From: Octopus vulgaris
Taxonomy: Eukaryota
Assembly: GCA_951406725.2 (NCBI GenBank)
Contig: OX597830.1
Coordinates: 15,934,001-15,998,000, forward strand
Length of the DNA stretch: 64,000 nucleotides
Reading direction: 5' to 3'
In this document: positions 59,713 to 64,000 of the stretch, one piece after another
Layout of the letters: each line of letters opens with the position of its first letter
Position numbering within the stretch: position 1 is the stretch's first letter
Translations under genes and position numbers: made by a program
Notes under the pieces: generated by a model
The model's database searches: none
The model's input: only the letters and a program-made list of their open reading frames with translations
Told to the model about the DNA's origin: nothing

Positions 59713-60190
59713 CAGCCGATATAGAATGAAATATCGCGACTTCATAATATATATATTATGCAGATAGGATTAAAATCCAAGCTGTGTCTTCTTGAAGCAC
59801 TTCTGCTTATTTCAATATTCCAAATCTGATTGTAGATGCTATATTTGTGTGAGGTTTCAACATCATAAACGTTGATAAAAACTGTGAAATAATTTCTGCA
59901 AAGTAATTATATATCAAAATAGATTGGAAAATTCTTTTGGTTTTTATTTATTCACCGTTACACGGGTTTCATTTGTTAATAGAAGTTTAAAAAATTGCAC
60001 ATGTAGCAGAAAACATGTAGGATATCTCACATAGTATGTGTTTTGTTTATATGCTGCGAAATAGCGTTCATGGAATGTTCAGCGTTATGTACGAAGATTT
60101 CTTACGACTCTATACCGCAACAAATTGGCGTAGGTACAAAACGCATTCACTATGTGTGTGTGACCGATAATACGCACACACACATACATG

Positions 60191-60274
<84 letters not shown>

Positions 60275-60279
60275 CATAC

Positions 60280-60565
60280 AGGTGTGGTTAGAGCAGCGGA
60301 CTCGCCGTCGAGGGATCCTCGGTTCGAATCTTGGACCGGACGATGTGTGTGTTTATGAGCGAAACACCTAAGCTCCACGCGGCTCCAGCAGAAGGTAATG
60401 GCGAGACTTCTGCTGACTCTTTCGCCACAACTTTCTCTCACTCTTTCCTCCTGCATCTTGCAGCTCACCTGCGATGGACCGGCGTCCCGTCCAGACGGGG
60501 AAACTATACGCCAAGAAACCGGGAAACCGGCCCTTATGAGCCAGGCACGGCTCGAGAAGGAATAA
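60280..60565 (+). mobile_element. tRNA-derived SINE related to family C (shared 3' domain)
   Basis: ggttcgaatc B box; ctgcgatggaccggcgtcccgtccag...ggcccttatgagcc...ggctcgagaagg as in the first unit at 21911. Confidence 0.75.
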
Positions 60566-60740
60566 ACATATACAGGTGTGTATGCTTCTGCATGTATTTT
60601 ATATTTATTCTTGTATTTATATATACGTGTATGTGAGAGTATAATTTTAGAATTTTATCTTTTTACATCTTGTTCTTGATATCCTTCTCCTTTGTTGAAA
60701 TAAAGATAAGCTGGCCAAAATCATACGCATTTGGTATAAA

Positions 60741-60824
60741 TCTCTGACGAAGTGGAGACTTAGAAATTTTACCTCTCTCACACTGCACATTTAGGCTAGT
60801 CTCTTCCCTGAAAGACGTATCAGA
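60741..60824 (+). ncRNA. Hammerhead motif with extended helix II
   Basis: tct-CTGACGA-AG..GAGACT...AGTCTC..CT-GAAA-GACGTA-TC-aga. Confidence 0.6.
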
Positions 60825-60905
60825 CGACGTAATTAAATAATTTACGACATACATACATACATACATACATACATGCATACATACATACATACATACATAC
60901 ATACA

Positions 60906-60937
<32 letters not shown>

Positions 60938-60938
60938 A

Positions 60939-60988
<50 letters not shown>

Positions 60989-61032
60989 TATTTTGTATTT
61001 ACATTTGTTTATAACTTAATATTATGTACTTT

Positions 61033-61161
61033 ATAATCTCTGACGAAGCCTAGAGATATACATAAATACCTCATATTCATCCACCTGTTACTTCCCTCCA
61101 CTTGATTAACAAAAGTAGAATGAGGTATTTCTACCTCTTGGCTGAAACAGCTGTAAGTTAT
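61033..61161 (+). ncRNA. Type I hammerhead motif with long helix II
   Basis: ataatct-CTGACGA-AGCC.agag..aaatacctcat...atgaggtattt..ctct.GGCT-GAAA-CAGCTG-TA-agttat. Confidence 0.75.
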
Positions 61162-61369
61162 TTTCCCAATTTATATCCATGTTTGTTATTTTATAGTAAT
61201 TACTGGTATCCTTATATATTAATATATTTTATATCTTATATGTAAATCATAATATGTTATATGTATGCATATTATTGTAATTATCAGTTTAGTAAATAAA
61301 TAAGTTAACATAATATAATGTCTAAAAGTTGATGAACCCCCTATTGATCCCCTCCATTTTCTTATTGCT

Positions 61370-61408
<39 letters not shown>

Positions 61409-61578
61409 CATATATATATATTCAGCAAAAACAATTAAGATCCAAGTGAATTCCAATGAATTCAAATGAATATGGTACTTAACTTAGATGCACCAGAATT
61501 CATTTATGGTATTAACCATAAAATAATGTGGAGTGATTATAACCAAGAAAAAAGCAACAAGAATGGATTAGTAGTTTA

Positions 61579-61617
<39 letters not shown>

Positions 61618-61753
61618 TATCAGTTAGAGTGGTTTAATAGCTCTAACGGATAATTAAATCCGAAGTCGCACCTGGTTATTACCTGGGTAGGTACAGTATT
61701 TTATATGGTTGTACGGTAGCAGGTGGTTCGGTTGGTAAACTGTGGCTTAGGTT

Positions 61754-62447
<694 letters not shown>

Positions 62448-62452
<5 letters not shown>

Positions 62453-62644
62453 CTTTACTACCCACAAGGGACTAAACACAGAGGGGACAAACAAGGACAG
62501 ACAAAGGGATTAAGTCGATTCCATCGACTCCAGTGCGTAACTGGTACTTAATTTATCGACCCCGAAAGAATGTGAACTCAGAACGTAACGGCAGACGAAA
62601 TACGGCTTCGCATTTCTGCTACCGTTTCTGCCAGCTCGCCGCCT
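62448..62644 (-). mobile_element. SINE family B monomer with an internal deletion
   Basis: Head and tail match family B. Confidence 0.8.
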
Positions 62645-62727
62645 GGCAGAATACACCCCCTACATACACACATGCGCACATACCCCCCCCCCCCCCACAC
62701 GTATATACATATATATATATTTTTTTT

Positions 62728-63037
62728 TTCTTTTACTTGTTTCAGTCATTTGAGTGCGGCCATGCTGGGGCACCGCCTTTAGTCGAGCAAATCGACCCCG
62801 GGACTTATTCTTTGTAAGCCCAGTACTTATTCTATCGGTCTCTTTTTGCCGAACCGCTAAGTGACGGGGGATGTAAACACACCAGCACACAAACACACAC
62901 ACATACATATATATATATATACATATATACGACAGGCTTCTTTCAGTTTCCGTCTTCCAAATCCACTCACAAGGCATTGGTCGGCCCGGGGCTATAGCAG
63001 AAGACACTTGCCCAAGATGCCACGCAGTGGGACTGAA
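62728..63037 (-). mobile_element. 5'-truncated SINE family A
   Basis: Reverse-complement match to family A. Confidence 0.85.
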
Positions 63038-63566
63038 GGGGGTGTATGTGCCTGCGTGTGTACTCGATGATCTTTCTCAGTATACAGACCCATAAAAAGA
63101 GAATTGGACTATAATGCGTAGTTTTCTTTTTCACTCTTTTCTCTTTCCATTTACGAAGATGCAGATGGTGTTGTAAATATTCTTTACATGTCATGTAGTT
63201 TAAGTTTAAGTAGCACTATGCAGCAATAATTCAATTACACACGCGCGCGCGCGGATATATACATACATAAACAAACACACACACACATACACATACATAC
63301 ATACATACATACATAAGTAATAGAAAAAGAAGCTAGACAGGCAAACAAAAGATATTAGTTCAGATTATAGTCGGTATATCTATGCACAACATACGGAGAA
63401 ATACAAATTATAAAGAAGAGCACCGACTGTATATACTTATTTGTCTTGCGTCATCAGACATCATATATATTTATATATGCTTGTTTATATATACGCATAT
63501 ACGTACATATACATATATATCTTCTGTATGTATGTATATATATATATATATATATTTGCATATGTA

Positions 63567-63606
<40 letters not shown>

Positions 63607-63636
63607 CATACATACATACATACATACACACACACG

Positions 63637-63708
<72 letters not shown>

Positions 63709-64000
63709 CGGATATGTCTCTGTAAACAATAACTCTCTACTTGAGTGGGCCATAGTGCCCAAATTCTGACTTGAAAGACTTCGCCAGGTGGTGCTATTAA
63801 GTTAGACATGGCCTGGGCCAATAATGGCCGAAACCTATCAAAGTATCAAAGTATATATATATATGTATGTATGTATGTATACATATATATATATAAGATA
63901 TGTATACATATATATAAAATCTGTTCTGTCTGTGTGTGTGTGTCTTCTAGGATCTCGGGCATCCTCCATCCGATTGCACTCAAATTTGATATGTAGATAC

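Overview
AT-rich, microsatellite-saturated eukaryotic DNA, probably intronic or intergenic. The repeat complement (tRNA-derived SINEs with internal (TA)n/(TG)n tracts, Penelope-like fragments) looks like an Octopus/cephalopod genome; this is inference. No host protein-coding gene is recognisable, and almost all ORFs in the track are translations of microsatellites. The window is a nested set of mobile-element remnants: several SINE families (three of them as 184-bp tandem arrays), CR1-like, RTE and R4/Dong-like LINE fragments, mariner/Tc1 remnants, Helentron-like elements and a Penelope-like GIY-YIG fragment. Two things stand out. (1) About 15 minimal type I hammerhead ribozyme motifs with palindromic helix III lie on both strands in Penelope pseudo-LTR-like fragments. 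They include inverted pairs and recurrent core variants (U4C, A6U, compensatory U3-A8). (2) A TSD-flanked, poly(A)-tailed 1.8-kb retroelement encodes only an ORF1/Gag-knuckle protein (HAL1-like), shares its 3' tail with the tandem-array SINE, and is inserted into a hammerhead-bearing hairpin. All calls were made by eye; no searches or folding programs were run.
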